From assembly GCF_044704955.1 (NCBI RefSeq), contig NC_091999.1:38564001-38628000 (forward strand): DNA of 64,000 nucleotides, given 5' to 3'. The notes under the pieces are model-generated. The model searched no databases. It saw only the letters and a program-made list of their open reading frames with translations, and was not told where the DNA came from. This DNA is from Pristiophorus japonicus (lineage: Eukaryota). Shown piece by piece: positions 23,475-36,909 of this stretch (positions are counted from its first letter, which is position 1; every line of letters begins with the position of its first letter). The position numbers and the translations under genes were made by a program.

Positions 23475-24274
23475 GTGTTCTCCTTCCAACAGTGAGCTAA
23501 ACACACTGCCGCTCAATTAATTGTGTTTCCTATTTTGGCCAATGTGAGGGCGAAGTAGGGGGTTTGCTGTTCTCTGGTCCAAGGCTTGTACAGCCAGAGC
23601 TCCCAGTGCAGAAACACCATGGGCTAGAGACAGCGTGAAGCTCTATCTTTACAGGATTCATGAAAGTAACTTCACAAACTTCCTACCTTTCCTATTTCCG
23701 ATAAATAAAGGCAGCACATTTATATCTCGGTGTCCCTATTTCTCGGGTTGTCTACCGCAAATTCAGAATTGAAGTCAGTTTCATATTGCAGCCACGGGGA
23801 ACTGAAGTGAGTGCCACACACGAACACGAACTGTACCTCCACTCCCCACCTGAGAGAGGGGAAAGGGTAATTGTTAACCAACTTTAGAACCACTTCCCTA
23901 ACTAGAGAGAGGGGGGGGGAACGGTAATTGTTGGGCCACTTTAATACCATTCCCCCAACAGCGAGTGAGAGGAACAGCAATTGTTAACCCACTGTACACT
24001 CCCTCCTCCACCAGAGATAGGGAAATGGGCAATAGTTAACCCACTGTATCAGGCACTCCCCCAGCAGAGATTGTGATGGGTAATTGGTAATCTACTGTCG
24101 CTCCCCACTCCCCCAGCTGTGAGAGAGTAAAGGGTAATTATTAGCTTACTGGACCTATCACATCCACCAGCGAGAGGGGAAAGGGCAATGTGTAATTCAT
24201 GTAATCACCACTGCGCCCCCTGCAGGGACATGGGAAGTGAACCACCCTATTTTATATGGACTAAGTTGGCATCA

Positions 24275-27200
24275 GTACAATGTGAGATTCTAAACCATGG
24301 TCTAAATATTTAAAATTTGCCACATGAGTATTATATTCTGAAATAACTATTTATTCCACGTAATATTTTTAAATAGGGTTGGGGGTGCAGCAGTCCCTGT
24401 TAATTGTAAACAAACATGTTGAATTCTAATGGGCCATATCTAAACTGGTGATTGAATCCACTGCGGGTTTCTCACAGTTGTGTCCCTGATGTTTCTGAGG
24501 CCCATCGGTTGAATCGTTGCATTCTTTCAGCTGACGTCACATAATTCCTCAAACAGAACACATTTACACAGAGCCAGGGAGAATAAATGTGAAAGTGAGT
24601 TTGTGTGTGTTCACATGGAAGTATGTTGATGACTTTGTGTAAGTGTGTGTGTTTTTGTGTAAGTGCACAATTACACATAAACACACATAGACTTACATAT
24701 AAAGACATACATTAACACTCTGACACATAATATTATACATAACTAGAATGTAATGAAAACCATCTTTTTAAAATCCAGTTATTGATACTCTCTGAAACTT
24801 CGAACAGTAGCAATAATAGATATCAATCCAAACACACACTACACAAAACACAGTTACACACACTTACACACATAAAAACACACGTCAATCCACACACACA
24901 CTTACACAAAGCAAACTTACACAAAACACACTTACACACGCATAAACACACACACCAATCCAAACACACACTTACAAAATGCACACTTGCACACACTTAC
25001 ACACACATAAATACACACATCAATCCATACACGCACTTACATAAAACATACTTTCACACACATAAACACACACATCAATCCACACACACACTTACACCAA
25101 ACACACTTACACACACATAAACACACAGACACCAATCCAAACACACACTTACAAAAACCACACTTGCATATACTTACACACACATAAATACACACATCAA
25201 TCCATACACGCACTTACATAAAACATACTTTCACACACATAAACACACACATCAAGCCACACACACACTTACACCAAACACACTTACACACACATAAACA
25301 CACACACACCAATCCAAACACATACTTACAAAAAACACACTTGCATATACTTACACACACATAAATACACACATCAATCCATACACGCACTTACAAAAAA
25401 GATACTTTCACACACATAAACACACACATCAATCCACACACGTACTTACACCAAACACACTTACACACACATAAATACTCACATCAATCCACAGACACAC
25501 TTACACAAAACACACTTACGCACACATAAATACACATATCAATCCACACACGCACTTACACAAAACACACTTACACACACAAACATACACATCAATCCAC
25601 ACACGCACACACACATAAACACACACGTCAATCCACACACACACTTACACAAAACACAGGTGCAAACACTTACACACACTTACAAACACTTATACACATT
25701 TACAAAAATCACATTTACACACACATAAACACACTGTGTACAATGTGAGATTCTAACCCATGGTGTAAAGATTTTAAACTTGCCACATGAGTATTCTATT
25801 CTGAAATAACTATTTATTCCACGTAATATTTTTAAATAGTGTTGTGGTGAAATTGTCCCTGTTAATTGTAAACGAACATGTTGAATTCTAACGGGCCATA
25901 TCTAAACTGGTGAATTAATCCTCTGCGGGTTTCTCACAGTGTCCCTGATGTTTCTGAGGCCCATCGGTTGAATTGTTGCATTCTTTCGGCTGACGTCACA
26001 TTATTCCTCAAACAGAACACATTTATAGAGTCGGGAGAATAAATATGAAAGTGAGGTTGTGTGTGTTCCCATGGAAGTGTGTTGATGATTTTGTGTAAGT
26101 GTTTGTGTTTTTGTGTAAGTGCACAATTACACATAAACACACATAGACTTATATATAATGACATACGTTAACACTCTGACACACAATATTACACATAACT
26201 AGAATATAATGAAAACCATCATTGTAAAATCCAGTTATTGATACTCTCTGAAACTTCGAACATTAGCAATAATAGACAATAATCCAAACACACACTACAC
26301 AAAACACAGTTACACACACATAAAGAAACACTTCAATCCACACACACATTTCACAAAACATACTGACACGCACTTACACACCCATAATTACTTCACATCA
26401 ATCCACACATACACTTACACAAAATACACTTACACACACTTACACACACACATCAATCCAAACACACAATTACACAAAGCACACTTACACACACTTACAC
26501 GGAACACACTTACACACACATAAACACACACATACCAATCCAAACACACTTACAAAAAGCACACTTGCACACACATAAATAGACACATCAATCCATACAC
26601 GCACTTACACAAAACACACTTTCACACACATACACACACACATCAATCCACACATACACTTACACAAAACACAGGTACACACACTTACACACACATTAAC
26701 ACACACATCAATCCACACACACACTTACACAAAACACACTTACTCACACATAAACATACACATCAATCCACACACGCACTTACGCAAAGCACACTTACAC
26801 ACACATAAACATACACATCAATCCACACACGCACTTACCCAAAATACACACACACACACACTACACACACATAAACACACACGTCAATCCACACACACAC
26901 TTACACAAAACACACGTGCAAACACTTTTACACACTTACACAAAACACATTTACAAACACATAAACGCACACATGAATCCACACATGCACTTACACAAAA
27001 CACACGTACACACACTTAAATACACATAAACACAAAAATCAATCCAAACACACTTACAAAAAGCACACTTATACACACTTACACACACACATTTTCACAC
27101 ACGTCAATCCAAACACCCACTTACAAACACACACTTCCACATACATCAATCCAAACACTCACTTACAAAAACACACTTACACACACTTACACACACATAA

Positions 27201-27770
27201 ACACACACATCAATCCACACACACACTAACATAAAACACACACACACAAACACACACAAACTTACCTGCAAACCCACTGTTACATGTAAACACGCACACG
27301 CTTACACCTAAACATAAACGAACACTCAGACATAATCACACACTTACAGTTACAGACAAACACACACATGAACTTACATACATATACACAAGGATACACA
27401 TACACTTACACAAATGCACACACGTGAACACACTTGCACACAAACATACACACACAAACATCAATACACAAACCCTTAGACATGGACGTGCTTATACATA
27501 AACTTACCTGCACCCAACTACACCAAATCGCACACTCATAATTACAGATAAACACATGCTTCCATATAGACACAGGCCCACTTACACAAAATAACACAAA
27601 GATTTACACAGGCATACTCAATCTTACAACTGCACACGTGCACAAACTTACACATCAACAAACACAGTTACACATAAACACACACACACACACACTTTTA
27701 CACATAAACGTACACACACAGAGAAAAGCACGCACACAATTACATAAACACACACAGTAACACCCTCACA
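24275..27770. repeat. ~1.46-kb tandem duplication, each copy ending in a complex CA-rich microsatellite
   Basis: gtacaatgtgagattctaa at 24275 and 25738 followed by ~550 bp of near-identical sequence; (cacacacttacacaaaa...catcaatc)n tracts at ~24830-25735 and ~26280-27770. Confidence 0.9.
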
Positions 27771-28473
27771 GAGACACGGAAACATGAACTAATCCAGAAC
27801 AAGAGATAGTCATGCACTCACATTTACAGTAAAGAGCACAAACAAAAACGTCCGGCTATAGAAGAATGTCAATTAAAATGCAGTTTTTGGCCGGACAAAG
27901 TACCAATGCTTGGCCAGAATAAATAATACCTGATACCATAATATCTCACATTTCACTATTCTATCCTTACACATACACTGGATCAATATAGTTCTTGCAA
28001 ACCGATATGTTAATTATGGACAGAGCATTGTCTTAACAAATAAATATACAAGGTAAAAACTCACAACTGATCTCTTAAATAGCCCCTTTGGCAGGCTCCA
28101 AATAATTAACTACCTTAACCTACCGGTAAAGCAATAGAGATCCAGCTGTAATCCTCACTCGATATTTCATCATATTATTCTGGAATGATCAAGCGTAACG
28201 AAGTCATCCAAAATCAATTAGCCTCTGAGATTGAAGAAAAACTATCATATTTTCCAAAACGGACGAAAAGAGGATCATAAAGAAAGAACGACTGTGGAGT
28301 GAGGCACAGAGAGAGGTTGCTGAGAGTGATTAACTTAACACAAGGTATACATTCAAAGTTAAATTAGAGTATAAACTAATACCTTACGGGAAAGAAAAGA
28401 GGAAATAAATTAATAGTATGACATCCCGCATTAAAAACGATCTGAATATATTTCCTCCCCTACATCCCCGTAG

Positions 28474-28601
28474 ATTCCTCAGACCACATCTGGAGTGAAG
28501 AGTACGAGGACGAGAGCGACAAAATCTGGACAACCGCTTCCACATTCATCATCCTGTTCTTCCTGAGCATTTCCTACAGCACTGCCATCACTCTGGTGAA
28601 G
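28474..28601 (+). CDS. IGHM: mu TM1 exon
   Basis: cgtag acceptor, GT donor at 28602; DSSDHIWSEEYEDESDKIWTTASTFIILFFLSISYSTAITLVK with the conserved antigen-receptor TM motif. Confidence 0.95.
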
Positions 28602-28715
28602 GTGGGAAGATTCAATCCGCTCACACTTCCATCTGACGGAAGCCGTTTGACAAATCCTGAGATAAATGCCCTAGAGCACTAAACCTCAGCTTCATTCTTT
28701 TATCTCTCTATTACA

Positions 28716-28724
28716 GTCAAATGA
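28716..28724 (+). CDS. IGHM: mu TM2 exon remnant (GTC AAA TGA = VK*); its first G is also the G of the acceptor AG
   Basis: ttacagtcaaatga after a pyrimidine tract; the expected form is ttacag|GTCAAATGA. Confidence 0.8.
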   Translation, partial: VK

Positions 28725-29078
28725 TGGTCTGACTTTCGGCCGCCGTGGATTTTCTTCATCTGTTTATCATCTCTGTGTCACTAAAAATAAACTATGTCCT
28801 CTTGGTGATTCTCAGAGTAAAATGCATCAAGTTACTAGATCCGAATCAGTAGCTGAGAAATATATAACTGGGATTTCCGTCTTTGAGTTTGAAATATGTA
28901 CGATAATTGTGGCTGTAATGTAACTGTATCTCGGGATTTCACCGTGCCTTGAATATTTCGTGTGCAAATAAGTAACTTTACTCATTTTATTCACAATTTT
29001 TCCCTTCCCTTTATGCTGAACCCCTGTTTTCTCTCCCTCTGGTGTCTGTCACAACAGTACAGATAGCTGGCAGCTCCG

Positions 29079-29508
29079 ACATAAGAACATAAGAAATAGG
29101 AGCAGGAGTAGACCTAATGGCCCCTCGAGTTTTCTGCGCAATTCAATACATTCAGGGCTGATAATCGACCTCAACTCCACTTTCCCGCCCGATAGCCATA
29201 TCCCTAGTTCTGCTTGAGCCAAAAATCTATCTATTTGGGTCTTGAATATATTTAGAGACTCAGCATCCACAGCCCTCTGGGGCAGAGAATTCCAAAGGTT
29301 CAGAACCCTCTGAGTGGAGGAATTCCTCCTCGTCTCTGTCTTAACTGGCCGATCCTTTATCTTTAGATTGTGCCTCCCTAGTTCTGGACTCTCCAGCCAG
29401 GGAGAAACAACGCTTCAGCATTTATCCTGTCAATCGCTCTCAGAATCTTATGTTTCAATCCGATCACCTCTCATTATTCTAAACTCCAGAGAGTACAGGC
29501 CCAATCCA
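29079..29508 (-). mobile_element. CR1 3' fragment
   Basis: acataagaacataagaaataggagcaggagtag tail and RT C-terminal remnant (SLNIFKTQIDRFL). Confidence 0.85.
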
Positions 29509-29949
29509 TCTGAGTTCGGTTCTCAATGTTCTGCTCAGTTGTATTCACTTTTTTAAACTTCCCTGTAAATTGTTTTCTATGACATTGTTAATAAATCTGG
29601 AATCACAAATAAACTAACTTGGAATTTGCTCTGTTTATTTCTCCAAGGCTCCATTTTCCCTGTCACACTGTGTTTTATTTACCTGACAGGTATGTTTCAC
29701 CCGTCCTGTCTGGGTTGTGATTGAAACCAAGTCTCATTGGTGAAAGACCCACTGCGCCACCCAGTGTCCCTGGAGTAAAGACACCTCTACCGCTGCCTTG
29801 TTGTATCCGGTCCCAGAGGCGCAATTACTGCACAGCGACCAGATGCACCATGCAGCCTCCTCGAATATTATGGTCTGTCGCAGTCACATGGCAGGTTCTA
29901 TCAAAGAGCAGGACTCTGCTCCATCACAGCTTGTCACATTTCAGTACAC

Positions 29950-30545
29950 GACAGAGTAAGTTTCCCTCTACAGTGTCCCATACAAATCTCCTAGGGCAGG
30001 TACAGCATGGGATTGATATAAGGTAAATGCCCCTATACACTGTCCAATCAAATACTCACAGGGCAGGTAAAGCACGCATTAGATACAGAGTACAGCTCCC
30101 TCTACACCGACCCATCAAACATTCCAAGTGCAGGGAGAGCACGGTTAGATATAGAGTAATGCTCCCTCTACACTGACCCATCAAACTCTCCCAGGGCAGG
30201 GAAATCATGGGTTAGATACAGAGTAAAGCTCCCTCTACACTGATCCATCAAACTCTCCCAGGGCAGGGACAGCACGGGTTGGATACAGTGTAAAGCTCCC
30301 TCTACACTGACCCATCAAACTCTCCCAGTGCAGGGACAGCATGGGTTAGATACAGAGTAAAGCTCCCTCTACACTGACCCATCAAACTCTCCCAGGGCAG
30401 GGACAGCACGGGTTAGATACAGTGTAAAGCTCCCTCTACCCTGACGAATCAAACTCTCCCAGGGCAGGTACAGCACGGGTTAGATATAGAGTAAAACTCC
30501 CTCTACAGTGTCCCAGCAAAAGTCGCAGGGCAGGGATAGCACTGG
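29950..30545 (-). repeat. ~61-bp satellite array, opposite orientation to the J-C intron array
   Basis: About 10 units of tagatacagagtaaagctccctctacactgacccatcaaactctcccagggcagggacagcacgggt. Confidence 0.92.
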
Positions 30546-31039
30546 TTCGAAATCTGACACAAACACCGTGCACAACCTTGGGGAATCATTCCCAGAGCTC
30601 GGTGGTTTTCAGACATACACACGCTCTCTCGACCTTTTTCTGTTATACACCGCGACTCTCTCAATTTTCCAGTTGAACAGCTTTTAGACAGTATTTCAGG
30701 CAGATAAGATCCGGCACGGCACGGTGCCCATGGGTATTATGGAGCCCTCTCCGCCGGTGTGCTAGGTGGGGGCAGAGTGTGTGATCGCCGGGGAAAATCC
30801 AATTCTGATCTAATACCATTTTAGTTTTGACCAGGCTAAGTATGCGAGTGGAGCCCTCCTCTCGGGGAGAGCATTTGTACAATGAATTTTGGTTTTGGAC
30901 TGTCCTCTTTAAATGACTCCCGAGTCCAAACGTTTTAAACAGAACGAGGAGCAAAATAACCACCTGCAATCCTGCTCTAATCTCAGCAACACCCATTAAC
31001 ACTGGCACTCTGTCTCCTGTTTCCAGAATGCAGTTAGCC

Positions 31040-32811
31040 CTACTGGAATTAGTAATGGGGAACATGGAGATGGCAGAAACTCTGAACAATATTTCGTATT
31101 AGTCTTTACAGTCGAGGACGCTAGCAATATTCCGACAGTGGATAGTAAAGGGCCAATAGGACGGGTGGAACTTAACACAATCACAATCACTAAGGCGATG
31201 GTGCTCAGTAAGATAATGGGAATAAAGGCGGATAAATCCCCTAGACATGAGGGATTGCATCCTCGGGTCTTAAAAGATGTAGTGATAGGGATTGTGGATG
31301 TATTGGTTTTAATTTACCAAAATTCTCTGGATTCTGGGGAGATCCCAGGAGATTTGGAAATTGCAAATGTAATGTGCCTATTTAAAAAAGGAAGTAGACA
31401 AAAAGCAGAAAACTATAGATCAGTTAGACTAAAATCTGTGGTTGGGAAAATGTTGGAGTACATTATTAAAGAAGCTGTAGCAGGACATTTTGAAAAGCAA
31501 AATTCGGTCTGGCAGAATCAGCATGGACTTATGAAGTGGAAGTCAGGTTTGACAAATTTGATGGAGTTCTTTGAGGATGTAACGAACAGGGTGGATAAAC
31601 CAGAAACAGTGGAAGTGGTGTATTTGGACTTATGGAGGCATTTGACAAGGTGCGAGATAAACGGTTAATGCACAAGATAAACGTTCACGGGGTTGGGGGT
31701 AATATAGTAGCATGGATAGAAAAGTGGCTAACGAACATAAACAGAGAGTAGGGATAAATGGGTAATTCTCTCATTGGCAACCAGTAACTAGTGGGGCGCC
31801 GCAGGGATCAGTGCTGTGACCCCAACTATTTACTATCTATATTAACGACTTGGAAGAAGGGACTGAGTGAAACATATTCAAGTTTGATGACGTTACAAAG
31901 ATGGGAGGAAAAGCAATGTGTGAGGAGGACACAAAAAATCTGCAAAAGGACGTAGACAGGCTAAGTGAGTGGGTCAAAATTTGTCAGATGGAGTATAATG
32001 TTAGAAAGTGTGAGGTCATGCACTTTTGCAGAAAAAAATCGAAGAGCACGTTATTATTTAAATGGAGAAAAATTGTAAAATGCCGCAGCACAGCAGGACC
32101 TGGGGTATTTGTGCATGAAACACAAAAGGAGAGTATGAAGGTAGAGCAAGTGATCAGGAAGGCCAATGGTATCTTGACTTTTATTGCAAAGGGGATGGAC
32201 TATAAAAGCAGGGATGTCTTGCTAATGCTATATAAGATATTGGTGAGGCCAAACCTGGAATACGACGTGACGTTTTGATTTCCATATTTACGAAAGGATA
32301 TACTTGCTTTGGAAGCAGTTCAGAGAAGATTCACTAGGTTGATTCCGGGAATGAGGGGGGTGAGTTATGAGGAACGGTCGAGTAGGTTGGGCCTCCACTC
32401 ATTGGAATTCAGAAGAATGAGAGGTGATCTTATCGAAGAGTATAATCTTAGGGGGCTTGTCAGGATGGATTTAACGAGCATGTTTCCACTGAACTAGAGG
32501 GCATGATCTTAGAATCAGGGGCCGCCCATTTAAAACAGAGATGAGCAGAAATCTCTTCTCTCAGAGGGTTGTAAATCTGTGGAAATCGCTGCCTCAGAGA
32601 GTTCTGGAAGCTGGGACATTGATTAAATTTAAGGCAGAAATAGACGGTTTCTTAAACGATAAGGGGATAAGGGGTTATGGGCAGCGGGCAGGAAAGTGGA
32701 GCTGAATCCATGAACAGATCAGCACTGATCCTATTGAAAGATGGAGCAGGCTCGAGGGACCGTTGTGTCTACTCCTGTTCCTATTTCTTATGTTCTTATG
32801 TTCTTATGTTC
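31040..32811 (+). mobile_element. CR1 LINE, 5'-truncated, degenerate
   Basis: ORFs 31138..31668, 31901..32278 and 32309..32497 carry RT motifs; (TTCTTATG)n tail. Confidence 0.92.
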
Positions 32812-33150
32812 TACTCTGCTCCATTCCCTCTGATACCATCACCCCAAACTCAGTGATCATCACCCCAGGGATCCTGTCTCGCTGCCCTGCTCCATTCCCT
32901 CTGATACCATCTCCCTGAACTCACTAATAATCAACTGGGGATGCTGTCTGCCTTCTCTGCTCCTTTCCCCCTGATACCATCTCCACGAACTCACTGATCA
33001 TCACCCCGGGGATCCTGCCTCGCTGCTCAACTGCATTCGCTCTGTTACCATCTCCCTTAAATCATTGGTCATCATCCCAGGGATTCTGACTCCCTGCTCT
33101 AGTCCATTCCCTCTGATACCATCTCCCTGAACTCACTGATGATTACGCTG
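32812..33150. repeat. ~70-bp minisatellite x5
   Basis: ccattccctctgataccatctccctgaactcactgatcatcacccc units at ~32821, 32892, 32962, 33033 and 33104. Confidence 0.85.
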
Positions 33151-33474
33151 AGTTCTACCAGTGATATTCGCTCCCTGTTTCGCTGAACTTTGTGTACACT
33201 GTCCTTTACCGTCTGAACTTTCATTCGGAGCCCCCCGACCAAAAAACACCTCCCACGGTTTGTGGTCACACCAGAGTATCTTCCCCCGTGTTCCTTCTGT
33301 TGCCGCGCTGCTCTTTCTCTAAACCCATGCGGTCAAGGCCTGAAGCCTCCTGCAGTAGAATGACACTTAGCGTTGGCGGGAGAGTAGATTCATCGGCGCT
33401 ACTGAAGGGGCTTGGAAGTTAGTTTGGGAATGGATGGAGTTGCTGCCTAATCTAATATACCTCCTATTGACAGA

Positions 33475-35160
33475 TGTTCGAAGTTAGAGTTAAGAAGCTT
33501 ATTTTACACGTCTTTAATTAATGAATAATTTTTATGTTTGTAATTTCCAGTAAAAGTCTGGAAAATTAGTTTATAAATGATAGAAAATGGCCGTATAGCT
33601 TAAAACGCGTTTTAAAGTGACCAAAGGCTGAGAAGCAAAGCATCATGCTAAACTGAGCCATTATTATGTTATCCATTTTTGTAACTGCTGATAGAACTTA
33701 ATTTAGAACTAGAAGGATGGAGGCCAAAATTATTAATCAATCAGATAAAGGTATGCAGCATGTACCAGTTCTTATCATAATTTTTTAAAGCCAAGCTTTG
33801 TAATGCATTCGGTGTGACATGGTCCATATAACTGTTCTCAGAGAAGTGATTCCTGCCGCAGAGATGGAGGGGAGATAGAGATAACATTAAAGGTCAAAGG
33901 CAGTAGACGATATGATCTATTGTAAGGGTGAAACAGCAGCAGATTTTCATAGCATTTGAATGGGACAAAAATGGTATAAATTAACAGCTATTCTACTCAG
34001 AATGCAGTGCGAATCAAGAGAACAGGAGATAAGGAGTCGGCACCACAGTCATCTCGAGAGGTCACTATCGAGAAGTAGGCTGTGACTATAATTTGTTAAG
34101 TATTACTTTTTGTAACAGAACATAATTAACTTTATAAAGCTCTGTTTTTTTATCCATTATACCTGTAGTAAAAGCATTTGTTATGATTTGAAAAAAATGT
34201 CTCCCAGTTTGAATTAAAGATAAACCCTGAGAATAGTTGAATTGCTATAGTTAGCAAGCGGCAAAAAGCTGGTCAGTATTTAAAAACTACATCTGGCAAC
34301 CACGAAGGGACAAAACAAAGAGATATTTAAAACAAAATACAATATATTCTTTTCCAATTTCATTGGGGACTCTTGTAATTTTTTCTCTCCATTTAAAATC
34401 AGGTTGTTGTGTATAAACAGCAGACGCAAGGCAGATAGTTTGATCACCGATCAAACCTTATGGTGGGTTAATTTACATCAACCGATAATGACTATTATTT
34501 TCGATAAGGAAGCTTAATTAAAATAATTAATTTTAAATTGCCAGAGGAGTGTCTTTGGGAAGTGCATCAGAAAAAGTTAGAAAAAAGATGTGACGATACG
34601 CAAGTGCAGACACTGTTGGTAGATTGCCTAGGGGAAAACCCGAATGTGTCGCTTAAGGATACGGTCACTTTTACTGATGAACAGATTAAAGCTAAGAAAA
34701 AGAAGCTTGGTAAGGCGCTGAGTCTAGTTACCTATGCACCTTCATACTTCGCAGAACATGAATCAAAGGTCAAGAAAGAATTAGAGGATAAAATATCGGA
34801 TTGGAAAAACAAAATTCGGCTAAGAATGAAGATTTGCAAAAAATAGATTCAGACATTAAACAGAAAACTGAGATTTTGCAGAGTCAATTTGCATTAGCTA
34901 CTGAGTAATGCAACAGCTGAGTATCAATGCAATTCACGTAGGCACTGCAATGGAAAAATTAGGAAATCTTCAGATTTAAAACGAAGATCTAAGCAGAGTG
35001 GATAACCGTCTCACCAAACAATTAGAGGACTCATAGAGAGCACTGAGGGAGGCTTTGCATCGACCCCTGTAAAGGATAAATTATAAGGTTGCACATAGGG
35101 GCTCAGAATTATGATGAAGGTAGTGAATTGCTTATGTATGTAATACTTGCTGATGTAGGT
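33475..35160 (+). mobile_element. 5' part of an ERV/LTR retroelement: LTR (left edge uncertain, ends CA at 34291), PBS, degraded gag-like coiled-coil ORF
   Basis: TATAAA at 33975, ATTAAA at 34213, terminal CA followed 2 nt later by an 18-nt PBS; ORF 34538..34846 is K/E-rich and helical. Confidence 0.7.
34294..34311 (+). promoter_or_regulatory. Primer-binding site complementary to the tRNA-Arg(TCG) 3' end
   Basis: TGGCAACCACGAAGGGAC is the reverse complement of GTCCCTTCGTGGTTGCCA, the 3' end of vertebrate tRNA-Arg(TCG)-type sequences as recalled. Confidence 0.8.
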
Positions 35161-35169
35161 ATAACTCAA

Positions 35170-36388
35170 ATGTACAGACCTCCAAACAGTAGTAGTGATG
35201 TTGGGGAGGGCATCAAACAGGAATCCCACGCAAGAGATTATATGTACAAAGTTAAAGCACATGGGATTGGGGGTACTATGCTGACATGGATTGAGAACTG
35301 GTTGTCAGTCAGGAAGCAACGAGTAGGAGTAAATGGGGACTTTTCAGAATGGCATGCAGTGACTAGTGGGTTACCGCAAGATTCTTTGCTGGGGCCCCAG
35401 CTGTTACATTGTACATTAATGATTTGGATGAGAGGATTAAATGTAGTATCTCCAAATTTGCGGATTACACGAAGTTGGGTAGCAGTGTGAGCTGCGAGGA
35501 GGATGCTATGAGGCTGCAGAGTGACTTGGATAGCTTGGATGAATGGGCAAATGCATGGCAGATGACGTATAATGTGGATAAATGTGAGGTTATCCACATT
35601 GGTGGTAAAAACAGAGAGACAGACTACAATCTGAATGGAGACAGATTAGGAAAAGGGGAGGTGCAACGATACCTGGGTATCATGGTACATCAGTCATTGA
35701 AGATTGGCATGCAGGTACAGCAGGCAGTTAAGAAAGCAAAGGGCATGTTGGCCTTCATAGCGAGGGGATTTCAGTACAGGGGCAGGGAGGTGTTGATACA
35801 GTTGTACAGGGTCTTGGTGAGGCCACACCACGAGTATTGTGTACAGTTTTGTTCTACTAACCTGCGGAAGGACATTCTTGCTATTGAGGGAGTGCAGCGA
35901 AGGTTCACCAGATTAATTCCCGGGATGGCGGGACTGACCTATCAAGAAAAACTGGGTCAACTGGGCTTGTATTCACTGGAGTTCAGAAGAATGAGAGGGG
36001 ACCTCATAGAAACGTTTGAAATTCTGACGGAGTTAGACAGGTTAGATGCAGGAAGAATGCTCCCAATGTTGGGAAAGTCCAGAACCAGGTGACACAGTCT
36101 CAGGATAAGGGGCAAGCCATTTAGTACCGAGATGAGGAGGAACTTCTTCACCCAGAGAGTGGTGAACCTGTGGAATTATCTACCACAGAAAGTATTTGAG
36201 GCCAATTCACTAAATATATTCAAAAAGGAGTTAGATGAAGTCCTTGCTACTAGGTGGATCAAGGGGTATGGCGAGAAAGCAGGAATGGGGTACTGAAGTT
36301 GCATGTTCAGTCATGAACTCATTGAATGGCGGTGCAGGCTGGAAGGGCCGAATGGCCTACTCCTGCACCTATTTTCTATGTCTATGTC
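35170..36388 (+). mobile_element. CR1 copy with an internal deletion (short endonuclease piece fused to RT and 3' tail)
   Basis: YRPPNSSSDVGEGIKQE joined directly to the RT region; ORF 35409..36092; tail ttttctatgtctatgt; same subfamily as 5464-9894. Confidence 0.9.
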
Positions 36389-36909
36389 CCGTCAGAGATT
36401 GGATTCTGTCTCTGTATTAATCTGTGCTTGAACTCCATCCCCACAGACACACACAGACACATAGGTTTTCAGGGAGCATTTTCGAACATTTTTCCTAATA
36501 TTGACACGGGCGCAACTCTCCTATTCTTTTTCGAGTAAGGCTCTGGGACCTTTCACATCCACCCGAGGGTGGAGATGAAGCTTCAATTTAACATTTCATC
36601 CGAAAGTCAACTGCTTCAACAATCCCAAATTCCCCAGGTACTGCATTTGAGTGTCAGCCAAGATGACGTTACCAAGTCTCAGAGTGCGACTTAAACACAC
36701 AACCTCCTGATTCAGTCGAGAATGGAGCCACTGAAAGAAAGCCGATACCAAAGATCACAACCGTATTATTTTCCCCAAGCTTTTTAAAATTTCCAGGACG
36801 CACCAAATTCATGGTGATGATTTCCATAGACAACTGCACATACACAGAGACATACATACAGGTAGACATACACAGACACACACACAATAACCAAAAATAT
36901 ACACGCATC

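Larger units (their letters stand above)
10288..28724 (+). pseudogene. IGHM: Shark IgM heavy-chain cluster (L-VH-[DJ]-Cmu1-4-sec-TM1-TM2), probably defective (Cmu4 nonsense, TM2 frameshift)
   Basis: All exons present in order with GT-AG sites and matching phases; translations closely resemble horn/nurse shark mu chains; TAG at 23179-23181. Confidence 0.85.

Noticed and set aside
10288-28724. Identity as IgM1gj, IgW or IgNAR
   Set aside because: Four mu-type C domains including Cmu2, a mu tailpiece and mu TM; V is unjoined and of the IgM VH type.
14820-30545. 38-bp and 61-bp arrays as CRISPR-like arrays, or GACAGTG in the satellite as cryptic RSS
   Set aside because: Vertebrate DNA, head-to-tail units with no unique spacers and no cas genes; GACAGTG lacks the essential CAC and has no nonamer.
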